DNA of 64,000 nucleotides from Balanoglossus misakiensis (Eukaryota; Animalia; Hemichordata). The notes under the pieces were generated by a model. It was not told where the DNA came from and searched no databases. It was given only the letters and a program-made list of their open reading frames with translations. Location of the stretch: contig CM082587.2 of NCBI GenBank assembly GCA_040954595.2, positions 2,261,000 through 2,324,999 on the forward strand, in the 5' to 3' direction. A program made the translations under genes and the position numbers. Below, piece after piece: positions 36,284 through 47,100 of the stretch. Each line of letters opens with the position of its first letter. Within the stretch, counting starts at the first letter, position 1.

Positions 36284-39200
36284 GTAAGTCATGGAATGCT
36301 GCGTCAACCTTAATACTCGTTTAATTTGTGTAATAATTCTGGAATCTGAAAAGGGAGCCTTGAAGATCAACATTTGCAATAAGCGTATTATACTATTATA
36401 TTGTCTTTATATTAGAAACAATTGAAATAAACTGCATTGAGGAAGGGTAACATTAGCTGTGTATATGTGAGGAATAAAAATCATTATATCAAGAATATTT
36501 GTAGAAATGTTATGTTGCTAAAATGTTTTTGTTTTTTAAATCCCAGGTGCAATATTCAGGAGGTGGTTGTGCTGAGAGTAATTTGCCGTACCATGTAGCC
36601 TTTGGTTGTATCTTTTTCTTGTTGTGTGTCGTCAGTCTTGTACAGTTGGTAAGTTGAACTCAAGAGGTTTTTTTTTCGGAATGTACCAGACATAAATGTT
36701 GATGGAATTATCAGATAATTTGGAAAAATACCACATGTGGGGGCAGATGTATGACAACAGAGGGCATAAACATTCTGTAGATGAGAGGAATTATTTTTTT
36801 CGACATGAAAGTGCCAGTGTTTCCACACCAACAACGCTTTTCTCATCGTAAATCATGAGATAAGCTAAAACACCTGTACCATTAGTGAATTAATTACGTT
36901 CCATTTTCCTGGTTTGCCATCTGTGTTGTTGAGTTCACCCCACGTATTTTGAAATAAATGTCCCATTTATTGTTCTATACATAGCTCAGGAAGAACAACT
37001 GATGAAAATTATTCAGAGAAGTTACTCAGAAAATGTTTTGGTGCCTTTTGTATCCTTCTGTTATGATGTTTTTCCTGTTTTCTGTACATTACAGGTGTTG
37101 TGTGTCAAGTCAGAATTTTCCAAAATGGACAAACCATCCCTCCGCAAAGCATGCCGTGTGACAACTCAAAAACTGCTTTATGTTGTAATTATCGTAGCAA
37201 CCTTTTCAAGGGGACTCTACTTTTCACTCCAGGTAAATTGAAGTGTTGTAGATACGAACAAATAAAAGAAAGAAAACAGTATTTTGATCCTGATTTGTCC
37301 ATGAGAATTGGAGGAGAGTCTACCACGAAGCCATGTTTTCTGACTATAAGAATCAAACAATAACTTCGGTTGTTGTTTTCCTTTTGGAAAGCAAGATGAC
37401 AAACACGTTTTGTTTGTTTTAAAGCTACAAATAACTTGCACAATTTTGGACATGTCATGTGATTTAATCTGCGTACCAAATGATTGTACAAATATGACAT
37501 ACATATATGAGCTCGAATCATCCAATCACAGGCCAGTATCGAACCAGTCTGCAGTAACGAGGTCAACAAACTATTTGCCGTATCTTGAATTTCAGGCGAA
37601 CCTGTCAATTTTACAAATTTGGAATTTTTGCTCGTGTACGCAGGTGAATTTTTAACTTGCATCAAAAGTTTGTTGACCTCGAGAAGAGACGCGCATCAGG
37701 GTAGCTGAAAAATGTGTGCCGCAATGTGTGACAGATGCATGACATCACAACCAATACACGTTTTACATTATAAATCTGTGTCTTTTTTGCTTCAGGAATA
37801 TATTGATGATCACTGGGCGACTAGCTTACAGACTGCCTATTATCCGGTCCTCATCACTGCACTCTCTCTCATAGTGTGTTTCTGGGCCGAGGTAAGTTCT
37901 TACGCAATCCAGACTTCCCACTTGAGTTGTTGACAAGAAATATTGCTTTATTTGTGAAAGAATTTATCTGAAGCGAGATAACATAGAGATATGACTAGAA
38001 GTAACGCCAAAATGATAGCCTTACAAGGATACAATATCGGCGGCCATGAATTTATGAATTAAAGTTGATCCAATCTGGATAGTGCAACTGAATCAAAATG
38101 AAAGGTTGGATCTGACCACACTTGTCCTTCAGATGCTGTCTTCAGTTGCAAATGGTTTTGCATTAGCCAAACCATAGTCTAGTAGAGAAAGAAAGCCCAT
38201 GTACTGATAATTTTTCTCTTGTGGTAATTATAGGCATTTCACCTGGAGAAGGACACTGACTCGCCAGGATTCCTGAGCAAGTCTTTTGTGTTCTTCATTG
38301 TCTTCAACGTCTGCCTGTACCTGGTTCTGACATTCCAGTTTATAGCGGTACATTTCAGTGAACAGAAAGACTACTTGACAGACGTGTTCCTGACTGTCTA
38401 TGCCGGACTCATGATTTTACTTGTCATACTCTTCCTTGTTTATGGAGTGGAAGTCTATTTTAAGGTAAGTTGTGGAGTGTTCATGTAGGAATATCTTTCT
38501 AGAAAGGTGGCCAGTGTTGTCAACCACTGGTAGTGGTACTTCATTCATTTGACAGAACTACTGTATTAATATCCATGCTTTTGTTTCTCAGGTGAGAGGT
38601 GCGTTTGCCACTGCATCATCCACATTCAACTTAACGCAGTTACACCAGTCCAGACTTGGATTGATATCCCAGGCAATTCTACAAATCACAGCGGCATTCT
38701 TCCTTATTCTGAACGCCACCAGTGCTCTCTGGAAAGACAGGTAAGAAGACAGATTTGCAGAAATGAGTTCTTGGAAAATTTCCCAGTGATGTTCAGAGAG
38801 CACATCAGATAAGCTTATGTAGAGTTCATTTTGCTTTTATGAGAAATATGAGTCTCAAAGACCAGTTTGTCTATTATTTTCAGAGTTCCTATTGTTGGCT
38901 GGAATTTCTACAATGTTGTATTCCGGACTGTCGAGATAGGGCTGGTGCTGTGGTTTCCGTGTGTGTTATGGAACTGGGAAAGGTAACTGTACTTTTGTGT
39001 TCTTGCATGCCAGAGTTTGATTGGGATCGGGATACTAGCACGTGGAGAATCTGGGTCAGATAAGCTGCAAACATCAGGCCACCTGTCTGACGTCCCATCC
39101 CAGCAGAGTCTATGGCTTTAATAGATTACCGCACCCTAAATCTAATTGTGTGACTCACTGTCATAATTGATGGCTATCACCTGGTAACCCGGTGCCATCG

Positions 39201-40983
39201 CTGATCAAATAGGGTGGTGATCCAATTCATATTCTTTGAATTAATAATTAGTCATGGCTTGCCGCCTTTTGTGGCATTGTTCATACATTTATATGACTTT
39301 GTTATCTGATTTTCTACAGACCAGAGAGGTTGTGGCTGTTGAATCCCAAAAGGTTATTCAGAAGAGAATCGGAAATAGAGAATGTGAGTGTAAATCAACT
39401 GTATTTAAAAAGTTGTGGTCACGAATTACAATTTTAAAAACATTTGATCATTTGAGCCAAATATCAGGGATTGATGAGAAAATCTTCCCCTGTACAATAC
39501 ATTGACACTCAGATGTTTCATCTCACTGGTTTCAGTCTCCAGCAGCAGCAACAGAAAATGCATCATTGACCCGGAGAAGACAGCCATCCTATGATGCTAC
39601 TGCTGCATCACCTGAACCAATAGCAGGTCAGTTTGATTGCTATAGTAACCTGTCACTTTTAAGTAGATGAACCTTACAGATGATAATGCCATAATTTGTA
39701 CAGGGACCACACACATTTACCAATGCTGTAGCATTATGTTAAAACCTTCAAGTTTACTCTGCAAGAATCTCTGTAATGTATGGCACCCTAATTAAAAACT
39801 GTAAATAGCCAAGGACAGGCAGTATATGCACTTGTAAGCTTTCTCCCCTTTTTGACATCTGTCCTGTTTGTGTGGCTGGTTGAATTTTGTGGTTTCTGTG
39901 GATGAGGCAAATTATGCAAGTTCCTTGTCTTCTCCAAATCCAGGAAAATACGACTGCTGGATATGCTATGATCCAGATCGAACGGATGCCGGAAAATTGA
40001 TCCAGCCATGTAGTTGTAAAGGTGACGTTGCCACTGTCCATCACGACTGCCTACAGAAATGGCTCTTGGAGGTAAGGCCATATATCCCATGTACTTCCAA
40101 ACTCTCACAATTAGGCAGATAGTACACACTGCGTCTCCAACAGATCTTTGTTCCAAAAGTTTTAAGTTGTTCAGTTACTCATTCTGAATAGTTTTTGAAA
40201 TACATTGACCTGTCATCCAACAATTAATGCCTGTTTATGACTATGATTTTTTTTGTTTCCTGCCAGTCTTTAGATAATCCAGAAAACATGCAGTGTAAAG
40301 TGTGTAAAGAAAAGGTGAGTGACAATAGTTTGTGCTTCTTGTTTGTTGGTAATTAGTTTTGAGATATCCTGTTGGGATGGAAGCCCTGACATTGCCCACA
40401 TTGATGTGTCCTTGGTGTATTTCCTTTGGTTCATATCATTCTCTCTTTGTCTGTCACAGTATCAAGTCAAAGAAGGCAAGTTTGATTTGGTGAAAGGTTT
40501 CAACACTACAAGTTTGGTGAGGACTGGTTTGACTTTGACGGTCATGTTAGGAACTCCAATTGGCGTGTATTTCATCTGTGCAACCGTCACCTATTCGACA
40601 CTGCACATCCTGAGTATAGGAGCCTGTCTCATGATTGAGTACATATGTCTACGGTAAGTGGTACCGGTAGTGGTTGGTAGTGGTTGGGGTGGCAAGATTG
40701 AATGGGAAGTGTTGGAGATGGGGTGTGGCAAGTGTGGTGGTTCTGTGTATGTGCAGATTGTGAGGTGGTTTACATGTGTATTGATATGCTGGTAGCTTTG
40801 TTATTAAATTGGGTTGCATTTTATCTTGACAGGTGCATGGGTTTTGGTTGCGTGGATGCTTACAAACGAGCAAGAGTGTCTGCCTTGAGGATCATGGGAA
40901 AAAGTGTAGAAGCCGAGAACCAACTAAGTCATGTGACCTCAGACAACGTCACAACAGTGGAAGTCCATGCTATCAACTCATAG
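36125..40983 (+). CDS. Uncharacterised membrane protein: EGF-like domain + 7TM (GPR137/THH1-TOM1-like by inference) + RING-CH (C4HC3, MARCH-type) + 2TM; 13 coding exons, 549 aa; putative E3 ubiquitin ligase
   Basis: EGF 'CPFNCSGHGVCEEGLCICEVQYSGGGC'; seven hydrophobic segments; RING-CH 'CWICYD...IQPCSCKGDVATVHHDCLQKWLLE...CKVC'; two further TM segments. All 12 introns are GT-AG and phase-consistent. An in-frame stop lies upstream of the ATG. Confidence 0.88.
36547..36648 (+). CDS. 7TM-RING exon 2 (EGF end, TM1)
   Basis: VQYSGGGCAESNLPYHVAFGCIFFLLCVVSLVQL. Confidence 0.88.
37095..37232 (+). CDS. 7TM-RING exon 3 (TM2)
   Basis: VLCVKSEF...TTQKLLYVVIIVATFSRGLYFSLQ. Confidence 0.88.
37796..37891 (+). 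CDS. 7TM-RING exon 4 (TM3)
   Basis: EYIDDHWATSLQTAYYPVLITALSLIVCFWAE. Confidence 0.88.
38234..38464 (+). CDS. 7TM-RING exon 5 (TM4, TM5)
   Basis: AFHLEKD...FLSKSFVFFIVFNVCLY...LFLVYGVEVYFK. Confidence 0.88.
38592..38740 (+). CDS. 7TM-RING exon 6 (TM6)
   Basis: VRGAFATAS...QSRLGLISQAILQITAAFFLILNATSALWKDR. Confidence 0.88.
38884..38982 (+). CDS. 7TM-RING exon 7 (TM7)
   Basis: VPIVGWNFYNVVFRTVEIGLVLWFPCVLWNWER. Confidence 0.88.
39320..39383 (+). CDS. 7TM-RING exon 8
   Basis: PERLWLLNPKRLFRRESEIEN|gtgagt. Confidence 0.85.
39536..39626 (+). CDS. 7TM-RING exon 9 (linker)
   Basis: SPAAATENASLTRRRQPSYDATAASPEPIA; phase 0/1 bridges exons 8 and 10. Confidence 0.82.
39944..40071 (+). CDS. 7TM-RING exon 10 (RING-CH)
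   Basis: KYDCWICYDPDRTDAGKLIQPCSCKGDVATVHHDCLQKWLLE. Confidence 0.92.
40267..40314 (+). CDS. 7TM-RING exon 11 (RING-CH last CxxC)
   Basis: SLDNPENMQCKVCKEK|gtgagt. Confidence 0.9.
40460..40653 (+). CDS. 7TM-RING exon 12 (TM8, TM9)
   Basis: YQVKEGKF...LTLTVMLGTPIGVYFICATV...LHILSIGACLMIEYICLR. Confidence 0.88.
40833..40983 (+). CDS. 7TM-RING exon 13 (stop)
   Basis: CMGFGCVDAYKRARVSALRIMG...EVHAINS*. Confidence 0.86.
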
Positions 40984-43079
40984 TGTTACATGAGGCAAAA
41001 GACAGTACTAATAAAGGGGAGTCTATTTAAACCTCAGACCCTTGACAATTTGAGGGTTGATAATCAAAATCCTAACCAGAAAAAGTACTTTTCTTAATCA
41101 AAATAAGTAAGCAGTGGCCCATATCAGGACCAAAGATTTCTACAGTGTTTATTTAAGAAAATCAGAGTACAGACATTAAATGGTGACAGTCTGCAAATCT
41201 CTTTAGTTTTTTTTCTCCAGTATTTATCTTGGCAAACTGTATTAACATTTTAGGTCTTTTTGTGACAAATAATCAGGAAATTTATCAGAATATCGGGAAA
41301 CAGGAATACCGGTAAACATGTATCTAGATTTACAGAGTGACTTGCGTGTCCAATCGGTGTGTATTAGTTCTGTAGAAGTCACCCTTTCACCACCATGGTT
41401 TGGTCTAAATCTATTGTCTTCTGTGGTAATGTTGGACCTCTATACAGTAAAATGGGGGAGGAAGGGTTAGGAATCACTGTGCATATCCTGATGTCAAGTT
41501 CAGTAAGAGATTCTGTCCCTCCAAGGAAAACTAATTTTTAAGTGTTATGGTTTTTCTCAATGTACAGTAATCAGAATTACATGTTGTCCTACTAATTTAA
41601 AGACTTAACAGATTAATTAAAGATTTACAAGGTAGAATATTTACTGAATATGATAATTCAACTGGTTTTCCTAAGTTGTTTTGTGAACGGAATTTAATAA
41701 TTGTATTTATAACGCATCTCACTACTCAAGAGTTGTATCAGTATTCATGCATATTTACACCAACCCATGTTGTATATCTTTATTAACAGTTTTACTCAAA
41801 CTGCAGGTGAAGGTTATATACTGTTCTGTGCTTAGCTTAGCCGTTTTTGCACAAGTCCTTGCAAAGTCTCGTGTCAGTGGTCAACGCTTTTCGGGCCATG
41901 TGCACATAATGATGAAACCAATACGAAATGAAGATGTCCATTTGTGAAGTAGGACTGATTTATATTAAAAGCTGTTGACAAGGTTTGAGTTAATTTGTCA
42001 AATAATGCTTTAATTGATTTGAACCAATTTTTTTTTGTGTTTGTAACATTCATGTATGTTTGCTTTTCTTATTATTATTTCTATTATATCACTCATTTCG
42101 AGTATTATGCATAGTAAAATGTTAGATTCAGGTTTACAGAAAAATATTGGGTTGATTTTTGCAATAGAAGTCTTTCTAATCTGTGCAATTCAGCTTCATC
42201 TAACACCATGACCCCCTAAAAATTTACTAGTACTGCCAAGTATTTTTTCATTCTAAAAATTATTTTGTGAAGATTTATCAATTTAATGTGCATTTACTTT
42301 TGCTGCCGATAAATGTGCTATTACAGGCTTAATAACCTGTCAAAGGAAAATCAAATAATTGAGCAACCCTGTCCCTTTAATGCTAGACAATGCCAGTAAA
42401 CTTGATGGCTAGTACTGATCTACGTTACATGTTTCCTACATATTCTTTGACAGCGATGTACATTTTGACAATGCAATATTTTGTTTTGTAATTTCATTAA
42501 TTTTTGTCTGTGGAGCTTTATTCATGTGGAAATTTGTATTTTAGCAATAAATCGTGGCCATGTGCTCTACAAACAATTGAAAAAAAATGCCAGATGTGAC
42601 ATTGTGATATTTCCTGACCACTGAAACCCCATACCCTTGGCATTAGAACTCAGGTTGCCAACAAATTCTAATAGTATTACTATATCGCCTGTCATCGTGT
42701 GAGGGCCTATCACTGGTTGTGGCAGTTTTCCCGAGTGTATTTTCTGTGGGCGACACGGATTGGAACGGATGCCCTCTATTGGTCATTGTATTTATTGCCT
42801 TTCTTTTTATCTGGTAACAACAGTCAGCAACAAAGAAATTCGATTTGTATAAATGGTTTAGCTATACATGATAAACATAAACATTTTTCATTGTACACAC
42901 CGGGCACAAGACAGTAGAATTAAAGTTTCTTCAATAAAAATGTTTTTACAATATTTAATGAAAAGTTCATACAATTCATGGTCTTAACCCTGAAATTAGT
43001 ATAAACTCCACAAACTGAGCAGGGTCAAACTTTACTATGGTCTTTACAAACTTCACAAACAAGTTTCGAAAAGTTTCTG

Positions 43080-44110
43080 CAAAGTCTCGTTTATTCTCAA
43101 AAGTTCTTTCTATACTCGAGAGTTTGACGAGAGTTCGATTTCCTAGCCGTAGCCTCGTTTTCGTGTTGGGATAAAATTGAGGAAATCCCTTCGCTCAAGA
43201 TGGCGTCCTGCATTGATAAACTTTCCTGAGCGTCGATCGTGAAAAAATACACGCAACCTTACTCCGTGTGGATAAAGAAATACGTCTGAGATGACGTCTG
43301 TTGGATTTCAAAGTACAGTCTGAACCAGTCTGCTGTTCACGATGTCGAATAAAAGCGGAGGTAAGCAATGTTTTGTTCTCGATCGCTGCCCTTCCCATAT
43401 TCTAGAGTACACTGTACAGAGAAGCTTGCCGATCGATCGCGTCTGCTGTGTTGACAACATTGACAGCGACGATTGCACTTTCCCCTGCAGAGGCCCGTCG
43501 TGTGTTTTTCTCGCCTATTTTCTTTTTTCACAGTCGATGGAACTTCAGAAACAAATCCGATCTCTGCGTTTTTCGATCACCTACATACACATTTTCCAAA
43601 GTGTCTGCAGACTGGCCAAGAAGATTTCGCTTCCGCATATTGGCCTCACAGGTCACGAACAAATGACAATAAAAGTTTTACAAGGGGCGCAAGCGCTTAC
43701 ATTCATCGTCAATTTTCGTTTTCTCTTTACGTGATCTAACGAGCCGCAAGAATGTGATCACCGGGTCGGCGATCGTCCAGTCCCACGCTCCATTGACACG
43801 AAGCAGAAGGTCCTGTGGCCATGCTGCGTTTCATTACGATTTGATCCAAGACGGAAATGACCGTCGCCTCCCCCACACTAGTACACTGACGTAGTTTTAA
43901 AAGCGCTACCGGTTTGAATACAGGCATTGTACCAGCACACGTCGGGGGACTTTGATGTGTCTTTTGGACACCTCCACTTTTACATCGATTGAACTGCACG
44001 GTCACTTGATGACTTCACCTGTGTAGTGGTCGTGCTGTGAAACGAACATAGTGCCGCGTTCTCCGGTTACCCACAGCAACAGCAGATCGCATTTACGAGT
44101 CAGCGCGATA
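43080..44110 (+). promoter_or_regulatory. CpG-enriched promoter / first-exon region of RAPGEF1-like; YY1-type CAAGATGGCG at ~43196-43205
   Basis: Marked CpG enrichment relative to the flanks; contains ATG...G|gtaagc. Confidence 0.6.
43342..43360 (+). CDS. RAPGEF1: RAPGEF1-like probable exon 1, coding part (MSNKSG)
   Basis: ATG TCG AAT AAA AGC GGA G|gtaagc; phase 1 matches the acceptor at 60801; lies in a CpG-rich region. Confidence 0.65.
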
Positions 44111-47100
44111 TTGAGTGAAAAATGGCACCCTTTATTCCAAAACATGAAAAATTTCTTCCTTCTTCAAAGAGTGTACAGTGAAGCACCCTGCACAGTTAGC
44201 TTCTATCAGAAGGGGCGAGCATGTACACATCACAATAGTACACATTCAGAACACAAGGTCATTATCAAGAACATCCTATCAATTTATCATGAAGTAAATT
44301 AAAAATGCACAAGTCTGAAATCAACTGGAAATATGGAATTGAAAACACACACACTCTAGACTTACATGTACAATGTAGAAACCAGTTATGTTAGATGCAG
44401 AGTAATTTGGTAATGTACACATAGTCTGTCAGAACACATGTCACTTACAGTTATGTAATATAATTATTATGATCAATAAATAATACGTTGGTCAGTAAGT
44501 CATTTGATCTCACAAAATGTCAGAAAAAATTGTTGCAATTGAATAGAGTTTTAATATATTAAAGTGAAATTATTTAATCCAATTTAATCCAAGGGAGAAA
44601 ATGAATGGATGATCTTTCTGAAAAATCAATGAGGCCCTTTTTGTTTATTCCCCCCCCCCCCCAGAAATTTCTGATCTTTTTAACAAGCCACCCATGTGTG
44701 CAATAGAAATTTTACGTCCAGTGTATTGAATAAAACATGATAAAAACTGATTTCTGACAAGTGAGAAGATAAAAAAAGTCTGAGTGTCACAAAAAGTGAC
44801 CGGTTTCATTGAAGCTTCATAACTGACTTCAGTCATTCATATTTTATATTTCCCGTGAGCTATATCATTTTACAGTGGTATTTGAATGAGCTAGTCAGAA
44901 CTAAAACATTATATTACCAATTAAGTAACCCTTTCAGACCCAAATTTCTGAGGATGGCTGGCTGGCTGGTACTGCTACAAGTTTTATGCCCAAAAGAGTT
45001 TTAAAGTTATTATAGCCAAAAAATGAAAAAAAAAAAATTCTTGCATCCTAAATCATGTCAAAAGACACAGTGTATGATTTCATTTTGCTCTGTGAAGCCG
45101 ACCTTCTGTGAGAAGAGTTATGGAAGAGGATTATGTTTAGAAGCAGCTATGGAAGCTCGTCGCATTCCTTTCTAATATTACACACTGGCCGATGCTGTTG
45201 AATTTCAAAGCTGCTCCTCAAAATACATACCAGTAATCCACTCCTGATGACTAATCCTTTGAAGGGACGCTAATCCAACATGGCGGAGCTTTGTGGCCTT
45301 TCTATGTGGTTTAAAATAAACAACCCGCTTCATTTCATCTATGCATATGTAATTCTAAGATCCGGAAAGAATGGATACTGTACATGTGCACCTTTGACTT
45401 GTTTTACTGTTTTTTCAGGGTCTTCTGTCAGTACAGCATATTCTCTTCGGTGTGACTGGAATGACAAAATCAGAAATTTGACCATTTTATTGACTTGGCA
45501 GTGATATTTACACATTCAGTTGTACATTTTAATAGTAATTTTGAATTTAATGACAGAGTGAAATTGCATATGCTAATCAGATAATGATGCCGGCATACAT
45601 GCAAAAATTTTGACCATCTGTCTTAGGAAAGGTTAGTCAAACTTTGCTGAGCAGCTCATTTACATTTATGATGTCGGCGGTCAGGGACTGGCGGTGTCAT
45701 TGACTTGTTTGATTCAGAGATCTTAATTCTATATTGTGCTTCGCAAAGCAAAATCATTGAAATCTGCATTTCCAAGGACGGAGTTAACAATCCCCTGCAA
45801 CTTTGAATCCTCCAATAATCCCTTTAATGTCACAGAATTGAAGTCGCATTTTGCATTTATGTGCTGTATTACCAGTTCTGGATAATGTGGTGGTAATTGT
45901 GTCCCCTTTAGAAGAAGATGGCCTCTCAACTGTCCGTATGGCTGTCAGTGACACAGTTCATGGATTACTGGTGTGCATGGAATCTGTTTAATCTCCCAGT
46001 GGTATGTTGATATTAAACTCATAATAAAATGTATTGTAACAAACCCCAACAACTCCTCGTCTCTTTACAAGAAATAACTCATTTGTCTAGAATACTTTTA
46101 GACCCTCTCTGATGATCATAAGTTTGAGGTTAAAACCGGGAAACAGAATATGCGATTAGGACTTGCTAAAGATATGTTTAAACATTCTGAACTGGTCTGC
46201 GTCTATAAAAACTACTAAAAGTCTACATAGCACTGAGGTCACAAACTTTGGATTTAAACACCCAACAAAATTTGACCCCACAGTGTCACCCAGCAGGGTG
46301 ACACTCCCCTGACCTACTTCAATGATCTTAGAGATGCATTAGATTACACAAAATTGCTGAATAACAAGGCGTGACACCCACAACAGATGTGTCCATGCTG
46401 GATAAATTCAAGAAAAAAGGGGTTCTCTGTGGGCCGTAGTTAATGTCTGTAAACAGTGAAGTGAGGTCTGCTCAGGGCATGTTTACTATTTAGTTTGACG
46501 TAGACTTTAGCCTTTGCTCCGAGTACAAAAATATGTTGAAAATCCATGACCTGACAGACTGGTAAAGTCATGGACGAGAGAGAACAAATGGTCCTTTCAT
46601 AGTTTTTTCTCTGGGTCTCACGCATGACAAAATTATCTCTAGCAGCCATTTTGAGTTGATGGCAGAAAAAAAATATCGGGATGGTTGTAGATGCATGATG
46701 ACCTTTCAGGGGTCAGACAGACTTCTCTACAGCATTTGATGAACATACTTTATAAATAAATATGTCTGCAGAGATCTCATTAATGCTTCCAAGTTGAAAT
46801 TGAAATGGCAAAGTCACACAGGATGTGGTCACCATAGCTACCAGAAGCCTGATCTGACTTGAAAAGTGAAGGTCTTGGGAATGTGAAAGGAATTCTAAAA
46901 TGGACAATAAAATTCCTAAAACTCAAACATTTAGAGTTCTGTATACCAATAAAAACATCAACTCCCACGTCTACAGGCCCTAGTGTCTCTGTTACATGTA
47001 CATGTAAACAAAAAATATAGCACACTTTTTATGACACCGCCTACATGTTCTTCTGTTGTATTTTGATTGGGGACTTTGAGCTGTCAGTCAGGATTGCAAA

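Noticed and set aside
36125-38982. Calling the 7TM protein GPR107/108, a class A GPCR or an adhesion (EGF-TM7) GPCR
   Set aside because: No DRY/NPxxY motifs, no GAIN/GPS domain, no GOLD-like lumenal domain; only a short single-EGF N-terminus.
43342-44005. 130-aa, 88-aa and 89-aa ORFs in the CpG-rich region as a separate gene or ncRNA
   Set aside because: The 130-aa ORF reads through a consensus donor at 43360. The rest looks like promoter-proximal intron; I recognised no tRNA or snRNA signature.
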